Origin: Escherichia coli
Lineage (GTDB): Bacteria > Pseudomonadota > Gammaproteobacteria > Enterobacterales > Enterobacteriaceae
Assembly (NCBI RefSeq): GCF_003334255.1
Contig: NZ_QOWU01000023.1
Strand: one strand, 5' to 3'
DNA length: 64,000 nt
Both the position numbers and the translations under genes were made by a program. The first letter of the stretch is position 1. The number at the start of each line of letters is the position of its first letter. This document shows positions 47,415 through 61,352 of the stretch, in pieces. The notes beneath the pieces are model-generated. The model was not told where the DNA came from. It saw nothing but the letters and a program-made list of their open reading frames with translations, and did no database searches.

Positions 47415-48244
47415 TGATAATAGCGGCCGAGCGTTACGCGCTCGTTATCACCATAGTCACGGCAGGTTTCGACGTCATGATACCCCGCGAGGATAAATGC
47501 TTGTCGCACCGCTTCGCCCTGCTGCCAGCCATGTTCCAGAAGCAGAAAGCCGCCGGATACCAGCGCGTTACGCGACTGTTCGATGATATGCACGATGTCT
47601 GCCATTCCACTGTCTGCCGCAACCAGCGCAGTGAGCGGCTCAAAGCGGACATCGCCTTGTTGAAGATGAGGGTCCTGCTCGTCAATATACGGCGGATTGC
47701 TGACAATCATCGCAAACTGCTGCCCGGCTAGCGCGCTAAACCAGTCGCTTTGCAGAATGTGGATATTTTTGATCGCCAGATGCTGGGCATTACGTTGTGC
47801 CAGGGAGACAGCATCAGGCATACGATCTACAGCGATAATTTCGCAGTCCGGGCGCTCGCTAGCCAGCGCAAGCGCAATCGCCCCGGTACCCGTCCCGAGA
47901 TCGAGAATACGGCAAGGTTGTTCAGGCAACCGCGCCAGTGCCTGCTCCACCAGACACTCCGTATCCGGGCGCGGAATTAAGGTCGCTGGCGAAACAAATA
48001 ACGGCAACGACCAGAATTCTCGCACCCCGGTTAAATGAGCAATGGGTTCACCATCGCGACGACGTGTCAGTAGCGCATCAAGTTGCTGACATTGTTCGTC
48101 AGTCAGCTGCGTTTCACCAAAGGCGAGAATAAAAGTACGCCCTCTGCCGGTAACATGCTCCAGCAGGATTTCAGCATCACGCCGCGGGCTTTCGCTCGCC
48201 TGAAGTTGGCTTATTGCTTCACGTAACCAGTGTTGATATTCCAT
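47411..48244 (-). CDS. prmC: Release factor glutamine methyltransferase PrmC (HemK)
   Basis: 277-aa ORF with the NPPY motif (IVSNPPYI). Confidence 0.92.
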   Translation of the reverse strand: MEYQHWLREAISQLQASESPRRDAEILLEHVTGRGRTFILAFGETQLTDEQCQQLDALLTRRRDGEPIAHLTGVREFWSLPLFVSPATLIPRPDTECLVEQALARLPEQPCRILDLGTGTGAIALALASERPDCEIIAVDRMPDAVSLAQRNAQHLAIKNIHILQSDWFSALAGQQFAMIVSNPPYIDEQDPHLQQGDVRFEPLTALVAADSGMADIVHIIEQSRNALVSGGFLLLEHGWQQGEAVRQAFILAGYHDVETCRDYGDNERVTLGRYYQ

Positions 48245-49326
48245 TATTCCTGCTCGGACAACGCCGCCAGTTGGTCGGCCTGATGTTCCTGGATAATCGG
48301 TTCAATCAGCATATCCAGCTTACCTTCCATCACTTCATCCAGGCGGTAGAGCGTCAGGTTGATGCGGTGATCGGTAACGCGCCCCTGCGGGAAGTTGTAA
48401 GTACGGTTACGGTCGCTGCGATCGCCACTCCCCAGCAGGTTACGACGGGTAGACGCTTCGGCCTGTTGGCGTTTTGCCATTTCAGCAGCGTGGATGCGAG
48501 CACCGAGAACAGAAAGTGCTTTAGCTTTGTTTTTATGTTGTGAACGTTCGTCCTGACATTCAACAACAATCCCGGTCGGCAAGTGAGTAATACGAATTGC
48601 CGAATCGGTGGTGTTAACGTGCTGACCACCCGCCCCTGACGAGCGGAAAGTATCAATGCGTAAATCTGCTGGGTTGATGTCCGGCAGTTCTGCGTCAGGC
48701 AGTTCTGGCATTACCGCAACGGTACAAGCAGAAGTATGAATACGACCCTGCGATTCCGTAGCAGGAACACGTTGCACGCGATGACCGCCGGATTCAAATT
48801 TCAGACGACCATACACACCATCACCGCTAATTTTGGCGATGATCTCTTTATAACCACCATGTTCACCCTCGCTGGCGCTCATGATTTCTACCCGCCAGCG
48901 GCGGGCTTCGGCATAACGGCTGTACATACGGAACAGATCGCCCGCGAACAGCGCCGCTTCGTCGCCGCCGGTTCCGGCTCGGACTTCGAGGAAGGCGTTA
49001 CGTTCGTCATCAGGATCTTTTGGCAGTAACAGAACCTGTAATTGCTGTTCCAGTTGCTCGCTTTTTTCTTTAGCTTCGCGCAGTTCATCCTGCGCCATCT
49101 CACGCATTTCAGGATCATCGAGCATCATCTGTGCGGTTTCGATATCTTCCTGAACCTGTTGCCAGTCGGTAAAACAGCGCGAAACATCACTTAACTGCGC
49201 ATATTCGCGTGATAATGCGCGAAAACGTTCCTGGTCGGCGATAGTTTGCGCGTCACCCAGCAACGCCTGAACTTCTTCATGGCGTTCATGCAGGGCTTCC
49301 AGTTTGGCAACGATAGAAGGCTTCAT
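48244..49326 (-). CDS. prfA: Peptide chain release factor 1
   Basis: 360-aa ORF with the GGQ motif ([14 protein letters not shown]) and PxT motif. Confidence 0.97.
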
Positions 49327-49367
49327 AGGCGTAAATGCACCCTGTAAAAAAAGAAAATGATGTACTG

Positions 49368-50624
49368 CTACTCCAGCCCGAGGCTGTCGCGCAGAATATT
49401 CAGGCGTTCGTTATCCCCGTCACGGGCGGCCTGTTGAAGTGATTTCGTTGGCGCATGGATCAAGCGGTTAGTCAGTTTCCATGCCAGATCCTGCATAATG
49501 GCTTGCGCGTCGCCGCCCTGCTCAAGGGCCGCTAACGCTTTGGCGGTTAACTCATCGCGAACTTGCTCTGCCTGGCTGCGATACTCGCGAATGGTTTCGC
49601 TGGCGCTTTGTGCTCGCAGCCACGCCATAAATTCGCTGGTTTCCTGAGCGACAATAGTTTCCGCCTCAACCGCTGCGGCTTTACGCTGCGCCAGGTTGTG
49701 CGAAATGATGCTTTGCAGATCATCAACGCTATAAAGATAAGCATTCGCCAGTTTGCCAACTTCCGGCTCAACATCGCGCGGAACGGCAATATCCACCAAC
49801 AGCATTGGTTGGTTGCGACGGCTTTTTAATGCGCGCTCCACCATGCCTTTCCCGATAATCGGTAACGGGCTGGCGGTGGAACTGATGATGATATCGGCTT
49901 CGCGCAGACGTTCGTCGATATCACTCAGGGCAATCACTTCCGCGCCGACTTCATCTGCCAGAATTTGGGCACGTTCGCGAGTGCGGTTGGCGATAATCAT
50001 CTTCTGTACTTTGTGTTCGCGCAGATGACGCGCCACCAGCTCGATAGTTTCGCCCGCGCCTACCAGCAACACTGTGACCGTAGAGAGCGATTCAAAGATC
50101 TGCCGCGCCAGCGTACAAGCCGCAAAAGCGACAGACACAGCGCTGGCACCGATATCTGTTTCAGTGCGAACGCGTTTCGCGACAGAGAAAGATTTCTGGA
50201 ACATGCGTTCCAGTTCGCTGGCCTTCATATGACCTTTTTGCGAATCGGCAAACGCTTTTTTAACCTGACCGAGGATCTGCGGCTCCCCCAGAACCAGTGA
50301 ATCCAGGCCGCTGGCAACACGCATTAAATGGCTAACCGCGTCGTTATCCTGATGCCAGTAGAGGCTTTTACGCAGATCTTCTTCATTAAGATTGTGATAA
50401 TCGCAAAGCCAGCGGATTAACGCCTCTTGCAGGTTGTCCTGCTCTTCAACGCTAAGATAAAGTTCCGTGCGGTTGCACGTCGACAGCACCACGCCGCCCT
50501 GCACCATCGGCTGCGCAAGCAGGCTGTCAAGCGCCTGATCGAGCTTATCCGGCGAAAACGATACACGTTCTCGCAGCGATACAGGTGCCGTTTTATGGTT
50601 GATACCGAGTGCTAAAAGGGTCAT
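49368..50624 (-). CDS. hemA: Glutamyl-tRNA reductase
   Basis: Start trimmed to [19 protein letters not shown] (418 aa); the 484-aa ORF is 5'-extended. Confidence 0.9.
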
Positions 50625-50768
50625 GTCTGCGGGAAATAATACCAACGTTGATAGGGTTAGTCTGCTTGCATCATACAGGATGCGTAAGATCAATAAAAGA
50701 GAGCGCCCCCTTTTGGAGTAATTGCCGAAAGCCGTTAGATTCTGGCAATTAAGACAACTTGAACATAG

Positions 50769-51460
<692 letters not shown>

Positions 51461-51461
<1 letters not shown>

Positions 51462-52312
51462 TGCGGACACAGTGGCCCTCTCCGGCAAAACTTAATCTGT
51501 TTTTATACATTACCGGTCAGCGTGCGGATGGTTACCACACGCTGCAAACGCTGTTTCAGTTTCTTGATTACGGCGACACCATCAGCATTGAGCTTCGTGA
51601 CGATGGGGATATTCGTCTGTTAACGCCCGTTGAAGGCGTGGAACATGAAGATAACCTGATCGTTCGCGCAGCGCGATTGTTGATGAAAACTGCGGCAGAC
51701 AGCGGGCGTCTTCCGACGGGAAGCGGTGCGAATATCAGCATTGACAAGCGTTTGCCGATGGGCGGCGGTCTCGGCGGTGGTTCATCCAATGCCGCGACGG
51801 TCCTGGTGGCATTAAATCATCTCTGGCAATGCGGGCTAAGCATGGATGAGCTGGCGGAAATGGGGCTGACGCTGGGCGCAGATGTTCCTGTCTTTGTTCG
51901 GGGGCATGCCGCGTTTGCCGAAGGCGTTGGTGAAATACTAACGCCGGTGGATCCGCCAGAGAAGTGGTATCTGGTGGCGCACCCTGGTGTAAGTATTCCG
52001 ACTCCGGTGATTTTTAAAGATCCTGAACTCCCGCGCAATACGCCAAAAAGGTCAATAGAAACGTTGCTAAAATGTGAATTCAGCAATGATTGCGAGGTTA
52101 TCGCAAGAAAACGTTTTCGCGAGGTTGATGCGGTGCTTTCCTGGCTGTTAGAATACGCCCCGTCGCGCCTGACTGGGACAGGGGCCTGTGTCTTTGCTGA
52201 ATTTGATACAGAGTCTGAAGCCCGCCAGGTGCTAGAGCAAGCCCCGGAATGGCTCAATGGCTTTGTGGCGAAAGGCGCTAATCTTTCCCCATTGCACAGA
52301 GCCATGCTTTAA
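51461..52312 (+). CDS. ispE: 4-diphosphocytidyl-2-C-methyl-D-erythritol kinase
   Basis: 283-aa GHMP-kinase ORF; synteny. Confidence 0.9.
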
Positions 52313-52336
52313 GCCGGGCAAGCTGAGTTTCGGTGA

Positions 52337-53410
<1,074 letters not shown>

Positions 53411-53426
53411 TCGAACCCGGCTCAAA

Positions 53427-53449
53427 GACCCGCTGCGGCGGGTTTTTTT
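53427..53449 (+). terminator. prs rho-independent terminator
   Basis: gacccgc-tgc-ggcgggttttttt. Confidence 0.7.
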
Positions 53450-53534
53450 GTCTGTAATATCCATTTGTATGACCTATGCCTCCTTCACCTGCCATTTAGT
53501 TGACAGATGATGCGCTCACGGATGAAACATTATT

Positions 53535-55214
53535 GTGAACAAAATATTTTCCTCACATGTGATGCCTTTCCGCGCTCTGATCGACGCTTGCTGGAAAGAA
53601 AAATATACTGCCGCACGGTTTACCCGTGACCTGATTGCCGGGATAACCGTCGGGATTATTGCTATCCCGCTGGCGATGGCGTTGGCTATTGGTAGTGGTG
53701 TGGCACCCCAGTACGGTTTATATACCGCAGCTGTTGCGGGGATTGTCATTGCTCTGACGGGTGGGTCACGCTTTAGCGTTTCCGGTCCGACTGCGGCATT
53801 TGTGGTAATTCTCTATCCCGTGTCGCAACAGTTTGGACTGGCAGGACTGCTGGTTGCGACCTTGCTGTCGGGGATCTTTTTGATTCTGATGGGTCTGGCA
53901 CGCTTTGGTCGCCTGATTGAGTATATTCCGGTTTCCGTCACCTTAGGTTTCACCTCGGGTATCGGGATCACCATCGGTACCATGCAGATTAAAGATTTTC
54001 TCGGTCTGCAAATGGCCCATGTCCCGGAACATTATCTACAAAAAGTCGGCGCATTATTTATGGCGCTGCCGACCATTAATGTGGGTGATGCTGCCATTGG
54101 CATTGTGACGCTAGGTATTCTTGTTTTTTGGCCGCGTCTGGGCATTCGTTTACCCGGTCACCTTCCGGCCTTGCTGGCTGGTTGCGCGGTGATGGGGATT
54201 GTTAACCTGCTCGGCGGACATGTTGCTACCATCGGTTCGCAATTCCACTACGTCCTGGCCGATGGTTCTCAGGGTAACGGTATTCCGCAACTGCTGCCGC
54301 AACTGGTGCTGCCGTGGGATCTGCCTAATTCAGAATTCACGCTAACCTGGGATTCTATTCGCACACTGCTGCCTGCGGCATTCTCAATGGCAATGCTCGG
54401 CGCAATCGAATCTCTGCTCTGCGCCGTGGTGCTGGATGGTATGACCGGGACGAAACACAAGGCGAACAGCGAACTGGTTGGACAGGGACTGGGGAATATT
54501 ATCGCTCCGTTCTTTGGTGGTATTACCGCTACAGCTGCCATCGCGCGTTCTGCCGCTAACGTCCGTGCCGGGGCAACGTCCCCTATCTCGGCGGTGATCC
54601 ACTCTATTCTGGTTATTCTTGCCCTGCTGGTACTGGCACCGCTGCTCTCCTGGCTGCCGCTTTCCGCCATGGCAGCCCTGCTGTTGATGGTGGCGTGGAA
54701 CATGAGTGAAGCGCACAAAGTGGTCGACTTGCTGCGTCATGCGCCGAAAGATGACATCATCGTCATGCTGCTGTGCATGTCGCTGACCGTGTTGTTTGAT
54801 ATGGTTATTGCCATCAGCGTGGGGATCGTGCTGGCATCGCTGCTGTTTATGCGTCGTATCGCACGTATGACTCGCCTGGCACCGGTAGTCGTAGATGTTC
54901 CAGACGATGTCCTGGTTCTGCGCGTTATTGGCCCGCTGTTTTTTGCTGCTGCTGAAGGCTTATTCACGGACCTGGAGTCACGTCTTGAAGGCAAACGGAT
55001 TGTGATTCTGAAGTGGGATGCCGTTCCGGTACTTGATGCTGGTGGTCTTGATGCGTTCCAGCGTTTTGTGAAGCGTCTGCCCGAGGGATGTGAACTGCGC
55101 GTGTGCAACGTGGAATTCCAGCCACTGCGCACTATGGCTCGCGCTGGCATTCAACCGATCCCGGGACGCCTGGCGTTCTTCCCGAATCGTCGCGCGGCGA
55201 TGGCGGATTTATAA
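53535..55214 (+). CDS. dauA: SulP-family C4-dicarboxylic acid transporter DauA (YchM)
   Basis: 559-aa ORF with a membrane domain and C-terminal STAS domain. Confidence 0.9.
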
Positions 55215-55223
55215 GTACGAGAT

Positions 55224-55251
55224 TGACCAGTCAGCGCAAACTGACTGGTCA
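55224..55251. terminator. Hairpin between convergent dauA and ychH
   Basis: tgaccagtcag-cgcaaa-ctgactggtca. Confidence 0.55.
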
Positions 55252-55268
55252 GCAAACTGCATTATTTG

Positions 55269-55547
55269 TTAGCTATGACGGCGATTATCGCTACGGCGGC
55301 AACGTTTGTCATAGTGGCGAACCCACCAGTAACGGTCGCACACCTGTTCATGCCCGCCAACACGGGCACCCGCCAGCCAGAGAATGGCACCGACGAAAAT
55401 ACTTAGCACTGCACCATGTGCGAAATACTGGGGCATATTAAACTGTGGTAACTGGTTGAGGATTGAATACCCCACGCCGACCACCATTACCACCAGACCC
55501 AACCCCATGAGCACGTTACCGAGTAACGAAGCGTTTTTGCGTTTCAT
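55269..55547 (-). CDS. ychH: Small inner membrane protein YchH
   Basis: 92-aa ORF with two predicted transmembrane segments; synteny. Confidence 0.8.
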   Translation of the reverse strand: MKRKNASLLGNVLMGLGLVVMVVGVGYSILNQLPQFNMPQYFAHGAVLSIFVGAILWLAGARVGGHEQVCDRYWWVRHYDKRCRRSDNRRHS

Positions 55548-55824
55548 ATGTCACCTCCGGAACTTTCTGGGTTGTAACAGGGAATACCCCTCTTCCTTAT
55601 GTGTAAAGTATAGACAACACCCAGTGGGTTATGTGCGGGCGTGATCACAATTACAACCCTTATTTCAACAAAACTTTACAAATAAACGCCTGAACACCTT
55701 GACTTTCTAATAGTCCACTCAGGCAATTATTACGTTATCTGCATTTGATACGCAGTTTTTTGTCAAGCGGGGCCGCAACCAGTAAACTACGCGCCAGTTA
55801 TGTACACACTCAGGACAAAAAAAC

Positions 55825-56409
55825 GTGACGATTAAATTGATTGTCGGCCTGGCGAACCCCGGTGCTGAATACGCCGCAACGCGACATAATGCTGGTGCCT
55901 GGTTCGTTGACTTACTGGCAGAGCGTTTGCGCGCTCCGCTGCGCGAAGAGGCTAAATTCTTTGGTTATACTTCGCGAGTCACTCTTGGAGGCGAAGATGT
56001 CCGCCTGTTAGTCCCGACTACATTTATGAATCTCAGCGGCAAAGCCGTTGCGGCGATGGCCAGTTTTTTCCGCATTAATCCGGACGAAATTCTGGTGGCC
56101 CACGACGAACTGGATCTGCCTCCTGGCGTCGCCAAATTTAAATTGGGCGGTGGCCATGGTGGTCACAATGGACTGAAAGACATCATCAGTAAATTGGGTA
56201 ATAACCCTAACTTTCACCGTTTACGCATCGGAATCGGTCATCCGGGCGATAAAAATAAAGTTGTCGGTTTTGTGTTAGGCAAACCGCCTGTTAGTGAACA
56301 GAAGTTAATTGATGAAGCCATTGACGAAGCGGCGCGTTGTACTGAAATGTGGTTTACAGATGGCTTGACCAAAGCAACGAACCGATTGCACGCCTTTAAA
56401 GCGCAATAA
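55825..56409 (+). CDS. pth: Peptidyl-tRNA hydrolase
   Basis: 194-aa ORF starting [29 protein letters not shown].... Confidence 0.95.
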
Positions 56410-56525
56410 GTCGTTGTCTGCGGCATTTTTGCCGAGTGCCGTGTATAATAGGCAAAGTTATTTCCATTTCTGCAATCTGTTAGCAATAACAGGTTGATTA
56501 TTAAGATATTAAGGTGATTTAAATC

Positions 56526-57617
56526 ATGGGATTCAAATGCGGTATCGTCGGTTTGCCCAACGTCGGGAAATCTACCCTGTTCAACGCGCTGACCAAAGCC
56601 GGTATTGAAGCGGCCAACTTTCCATTCTGCACCATTGAGCCGAACACAGGCGTCGTACCAATGCCTGATCCTCGCCTGGATCAACTGGCTGAAATCGTAA
56701 AACCGCAGCGTACGCTTCCCACGACCATGGAATTTGTCGATATCGCCGGTCTGGTAAAAGGCGCATCGAAAGGCGAAGGTCTGGGTAACCAGTTCCTGAC
56801 CAACATCCGTGAAACCGAAGCGATCGGTCACGTTGTTCGCTGCTTTGAAAATGACAACATCATTCACGTTTCCGGCAAAGTTAACCCGGCTGACGATATT
56901 GAAGTTATCAACACCGAACTGGCGCTGGCAGACCTCGACACCTGCGAACGTGCGATTCATCGCGTACAGAAGAAAGCCAAAGGTGGCGATAAAGACGCGA
57001 AAGCTGAGCTGGCGGTCCTGGAAAAATGCCTGCCCCAGTTGGAAAATGCAGGTATGCTGCGCGCGCTGGATTTAAGCGCTGAAGAGAAAGCGGCTATTCG
57101 TTACCTGAGCTTCCTGACGCTGAAACCAACAATGTACATCGCCAACGTCAACGAAGACGGTTTTGAAAACAACCCATATCTTGACCAGGTGCGTGAAATC
57201 GCGGCGAAAGAAGGTTCTGTTGTGGTTCCGGTTTGTGCTGCTGTTGAAGCAGACATTGCCGAACTGGACGACGAAGAACGTGACGAGTTTATGCAGGAGC
57301 TTGGGCTGGAAGAGCCGGGCCTGAACCGTGTGATCCGTGCCGGTTATAAACTGCTGAACCTGCAAACTTACTTCACCGCTGGGGTGAAAGAAGTGCGTGC
57401 ATGGACCATTCCGGTTGGAGCAACCGCGCCGCAGGCAGCGGGCAAAATCCATACTGATTTTGAAAAAGGCTTTATCCGTGCACAAACCATCTCGTTTGAA
57501 GATTTCATCACTTACAAAGGTGAACAAGGCGCGAAAGAAGCAGGCAAAATGCGTGCAGAAGGTAAAGATTACATCGTGAAAGATGGCGATGTGATGAACT
57601 TCCTTTTCAACGTCTAA
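56526..57617 (+). CDS. ychF: Ribosome-binding ATPase YchF (Obg-family GTPase)
   Basis: 363-aa ORF starting [23 protein letters not shown].... Confidence 0.95.
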
Positions 57618-57673
57618 TTAATTTATTGTCTCATGAGGTTTCGCTAAATCTCATGAAGAGCGCAAAAGTATAT

Positions 57674-57700
57674 AAAATCCACGCAATTGCGTGGATTTTT
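57674..57700 (+). terminator. ychF rho-independent terminator
   Basis: aaaatccacgc-aatt-gcgtggattttt. Confidence 0.7.
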
Positions 57701-58385
57701 CATTTCACCGAGTCCTAATCATTCTTGTAACATCCTACACTTTTGTGCTTATTGCCTATAGTGAACCACGAGAATAATTAAAGACATAAGTGTTCAGATG
57801 ACGGATATCTCATTAGCAGTGATATAACGTAAGTTTTTGTATCACTACACATCAGCCCCCTTCACAGCTGATCAAAATTGATCACGCTCCAATATGCTGG
57901 CAAGATGAAAATGATAACCAGTAGCACAATAACAACGATAGGCCAGAAAACCCATTGACCAAAAATGAATATCGATGTTTTTTGCTTTTTCTTATTAGTA
58001 ATGCAAAAATGGCGCATATTGTTTTTGTTATGCAGATACATCAAGCGAAATTCCCATAACTAATTAGGATTATTACAAAAAATCTTCACCAAATTTTTTA
58101 ACCGCTGTTTGTTGTAATATTTTTGCCATATTTATAGTAACGAATTGGAATAAGTAACGACAACTTAGGGAATAACTCGATATAAACTCACCTTTGTAAG
58201 GGGGATGTTAAATATATATTAATTCCTGTGTTCCTGATTTTGCCCGGTAATAGAGAATTATTCTCTGAGAAGCTCATCATGATTGCACCATACAAATATC
58301 ATGATGATAAGAGGATATTATTCATTGATTTAAACAAAATGACAAAATCCATAGACCCATAGTCTGGGTACTATATAGGAGTGGT

Positions 58386-61253
58386 ATGGGCATCAAACAA
58401 CACAATGGGAATACCAAAGCAGATCGTCTCGCTGAATTAAAAATCCGTTCGCCCTCAATTCAACTGATAAAATTTGGCGCTATTGGTTTGAATGCAATTA
58501 TCTTTTCCCCCCTGCTGATAGCTGCTGATACAGGAAGTCAATATGGCACCAATATTACTATTAATGATGGTGACAGAATTACAGGAGATACCGCCGATCC
58601 ATCAGGAAACCTCTATGGTGTAATGACCCCAGCAGGAAACACGCCTGGCAATATCAACCTGGGTAATGATGTCACCGTCAATGTCAACGACGCCTCTGGA
58701 TATGCAAAAGGAATCATTATTCAGGGCAAAAACAGCTCCCTGACAGCTAACCGACTCACAGTAGATGTTGTTGGTCAAACCTCTGCCATCGGCATTAACT
58801 TAATTGGTGACTATACCCATGCTGACTTAGGCACAGGCAGCACCATTAAGAGTAACGATGACGGCATCATTATTGGGCATAGCTCAACACTAACAGCCAC
58901 TCAATTCACCATTGAAAACTCGAACGGTATAGGCCTAACCATCAATGACTATGGCACCAGTGTCGATCTTGGAAGCGGAAGTAAAATCACGACCGATGGA
59001 AGTACAGGTGTTTATATCGGTGGTCTCAACGGCAATAACGCCAATGGTGCTGCGCGTTTTACGGCTACAGACCTGACAATCGATGTTCAGGGCTACAGCG
59101 CCATGGGGATAAACGTACAGAAAAACTCTGTTGTCGATCTCGGAACAAACAGTACCATTAAAACCAATGGCGATAATGCTCACGGCCTCTGGAGCTTTGG
59201 CCAGGTTAGCGCGAATGCACTCACTGTTGATGTAACTGGAGCCGCGGCCAATGGCGTCGAAGTTCGTGGTGGTACAACCACTATCGGTGCAGATAGCCAT
59301 ATTTCTTCCGCGCAGGGCGGTGGCCTCGTCACCAGTGGTTCAGACGCGATAATCAATTTTACTGGCACGGCAGCGCAACGAAACAGCATCTTTTCCGGCG
59401 GTTCTTATGGTGCCTCGGCCCAGACGGCAACGGCTGTTGTCAACATGCAAAATACCGATATTACAGTTGATCGTAATGGCAGTCTGGCGCTGGGTTTGTG
59501 GGCTCTCAGCGGCGGTAGAATAACCGGAGACAGTTTGGCTATCACCGGCGCGGCAGGAGCCAGGGGAATTTATGCCATGACCAACAGCCAGATCGACCTC
59601 ACGAGCGATCTGGTCATTGATATGAGTACACCCGACCAGATGGCCATCGCAACGCAACATGACGATGGTTATGCCGCCAGCCGCATCAACGCCTCGGGTC
59701 GTATGCTTATCAACGGTAGCGTTCTTTCCAAAGGTGGGCTAATCAATCTGGATATGCACCCTGGGTCGGTTTGGACAGGTTCCTCCCTCAGCGATAATGT
59801 CAATGGCGGAAAACTGGACGTTGCAATGAATAACAGCGTCTGGAACGTAACAAGTAATTCTAATCTCGACACGCTGGCGCTGAGCCATTCAACTGTCGAT
59901 TTTGCCAGCCACGGGTCAACTGCCGGCACATTTGCCACATTAAACGTAGAGAACCTGAGCGGTAACAGTACCTTTATTATGCGTGCTGATGTTGTTGGCG
60001 AGGGTAATGGCGTTAATAATAAAGGGGATTTATTGAATATCAGCGGGAGTAGTGCTGGTAATCACGTATTGGCTATCCGCAACCAGGGCAGCGAGGCCAC
60101 AACGGGAAATGAAGTTCTGACAGTGGTAAAAACCACTGACGGCGCGGCCTCGTTCAGCGCGTCTTCTCAGGTTGAGTTGGGGGGATATCTGTACGATGTG
60201 CGTAAAAATGGCACTAACTGGGAGCTTTACGCTTCCGGGACAGTTCCGGAACCGACTCCTAATCCTGAACCCACACCAGCTCCCGCTCAGCCTCCCATAG
60301 TCAACCCCGATCCTACGCCTGAACCCGCTCCCACGCCTAAACCCACCACGACCGCAGATGCTGGCGGCAATTATCTCAATGTCGGTTACTTATTGAACTA
60401 TGTTGAAAACCGTACGCTGATGCAACGGATGGGTGACCTGCGAAATCAGAGTAAAGACGGTAATATCTGGTTGCGCAGTTATGGGGGAAGCCTGGACTCC
60501 TTTGCCAGTGGCAAACTGAGCGGCTTTGACATGGGTTACAGCGGTATCCAGTTTGGTGGGGATAAACGTCTCTCTGATGTAATGCCGTTGTATGTCGGTC
60601 TGTATATTGGCTCAACACATGCATCGCCGGACTATAGCGGAGGCGACGGTACCGCACGTTCAGACTACATGGGAATGTACGCCAGTTACATGGCACAAAA
60701 CGGTTTTTACAGCGATCTCGTTATAAAAGCATCGCGCCAGAAAAATAGTTTCCACGTACTGGACAGTCAGAACAACGGCGTTAACGCCAACGGCACTGCG
60801 AATGGAATGAGCATCTCCCTGGAAGCCGGGCAGAGGTTCAACCTGTCCCCTACTGGTTATGGGTTCTATATAGAGCCGCAAACCCAGCTTACATACAGCC
60901 ACCAGAATGAGATGACTATGAAGGCGAGTAATGGCCTCAATATACATCTGAATCACTACGAATCGCTGCTGGGGCGTGCCAGCATGATACTGGGGTATGA
61001 CATCACCGCAGGCAACAGCCAGCTGAATGTCTATGTGAAGACTGGCGCTATCCGCGAGTTTTCAGGGGATACCGAATATCTGTTGAACAACTCCCGGGAG
61101 AAGTACAGTTTCAAAGGTAATGGCTGGAATAACGGCGTGGGAGTCAGTGCACAGTATAACAAACAGCACACATTCTATCTCGAAGCGGATTACACGCAGG
61201 GTAACCTCTTTGATCAGAAGCAAGTCAACGGAGGATATCGCTTCAGCTTTTAA
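58386..61253 (+). CDS. ycgV: Autotransporter (type Va) putative adhesin YcgV
   Basis: 955-aa ORF with a Gly/Thr/Asn-rich repetitive passenger, Pro-rich linker (PEPTPNPEPTPAPAQPPIVNPDPTPEPAPTPKPTT) and C-terminal beta-barrel ending ...GYRFSF. Confidence 0.85.
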   Translation: MGIKQHNGNTKADRLAELKIRSPSIQLIKFGAIGLNAIIFSPLLIAADTGSQYGTNITINDGDRITGDTADPSGNLYGVMTPAGNTPGNINLGNDVTVNVNDASGYAKGIIIQGKNSSLTANRLTVDVVGQTSAIGINLIGDYTHADLGTGSTIKSNDDGIIIGHSSTLTATQFTIENSNGIGLTINDYGTSVDLGSGSKITTDGSTGVYIGGLNGNNANGAARFTATDLTIDVQGYSAMGINVQKNSVVDLGTNSTIKTNGDNAHGLWSFGQVSANALTVDVTGAAANGVEVRGGTTTIGADSHISSAQGGGLVTSGSDAIINFTGTAAQRNSIFSGGSYGASAQTATAVVNMQNTDITVDRNGSLALGLWALSGGRITGDSLAITGAAGARGIYAMTNSQIDLTSDLVIDMSTPDQMAIATQHDDGYAASRINASGRMLINGSVLSKGGLINLDMHPGSVWTGSSLSDNVNGGKLDVAMNNSVWNVTSNSNLDTLALSHSTVDFASHGSTAGTFATLNVENLSGNSTFIMRADVVGEGNGVNNKGDLLNISGSSAGNHVLAIRNQGSEATTGNEVLTVVKTTDGAASFSASSQVELGGYLYDVRKNGTNWELYASGTVPEPTPNPEPTPAPAQPPIVNPDPTPEPAPTPKPTTTADAGGNYLNVGYLLNYVENRTLMQRMGDLRNQSKDGNIWLRSYGGSLDSFASGKLSGFDMGYSGIQFGGDKRLSDVMPLYVGLYIGSTHASPDYSGGDGTARSDYMGMYASYMAQNGFYSDLVIKASRQKNSFHVLDSQNNGVNANGTANGMSISLEAGQRFNLSPTGYGFYIEPQTQLTYSHQNEMTMKASNGLNIHLNHYESLLGRASMILGYDITAGNSQLNVYVKTGAIREFSGDTEYLLNNSREKYSFKGNGWNNGVGVSAQYNKQHTFYLEADYTQGNLFDQKQVNGGYRFSF

Positions 61254-61352
61254 GTGCGGGATAGACAAGCCCTTAAACGATGCTGAAAATTGTTAGCGTG
61301 CGCCGGAATGAAATACAGATCACTCTGATGTATCAGAAATCGTTTCTGTCTT

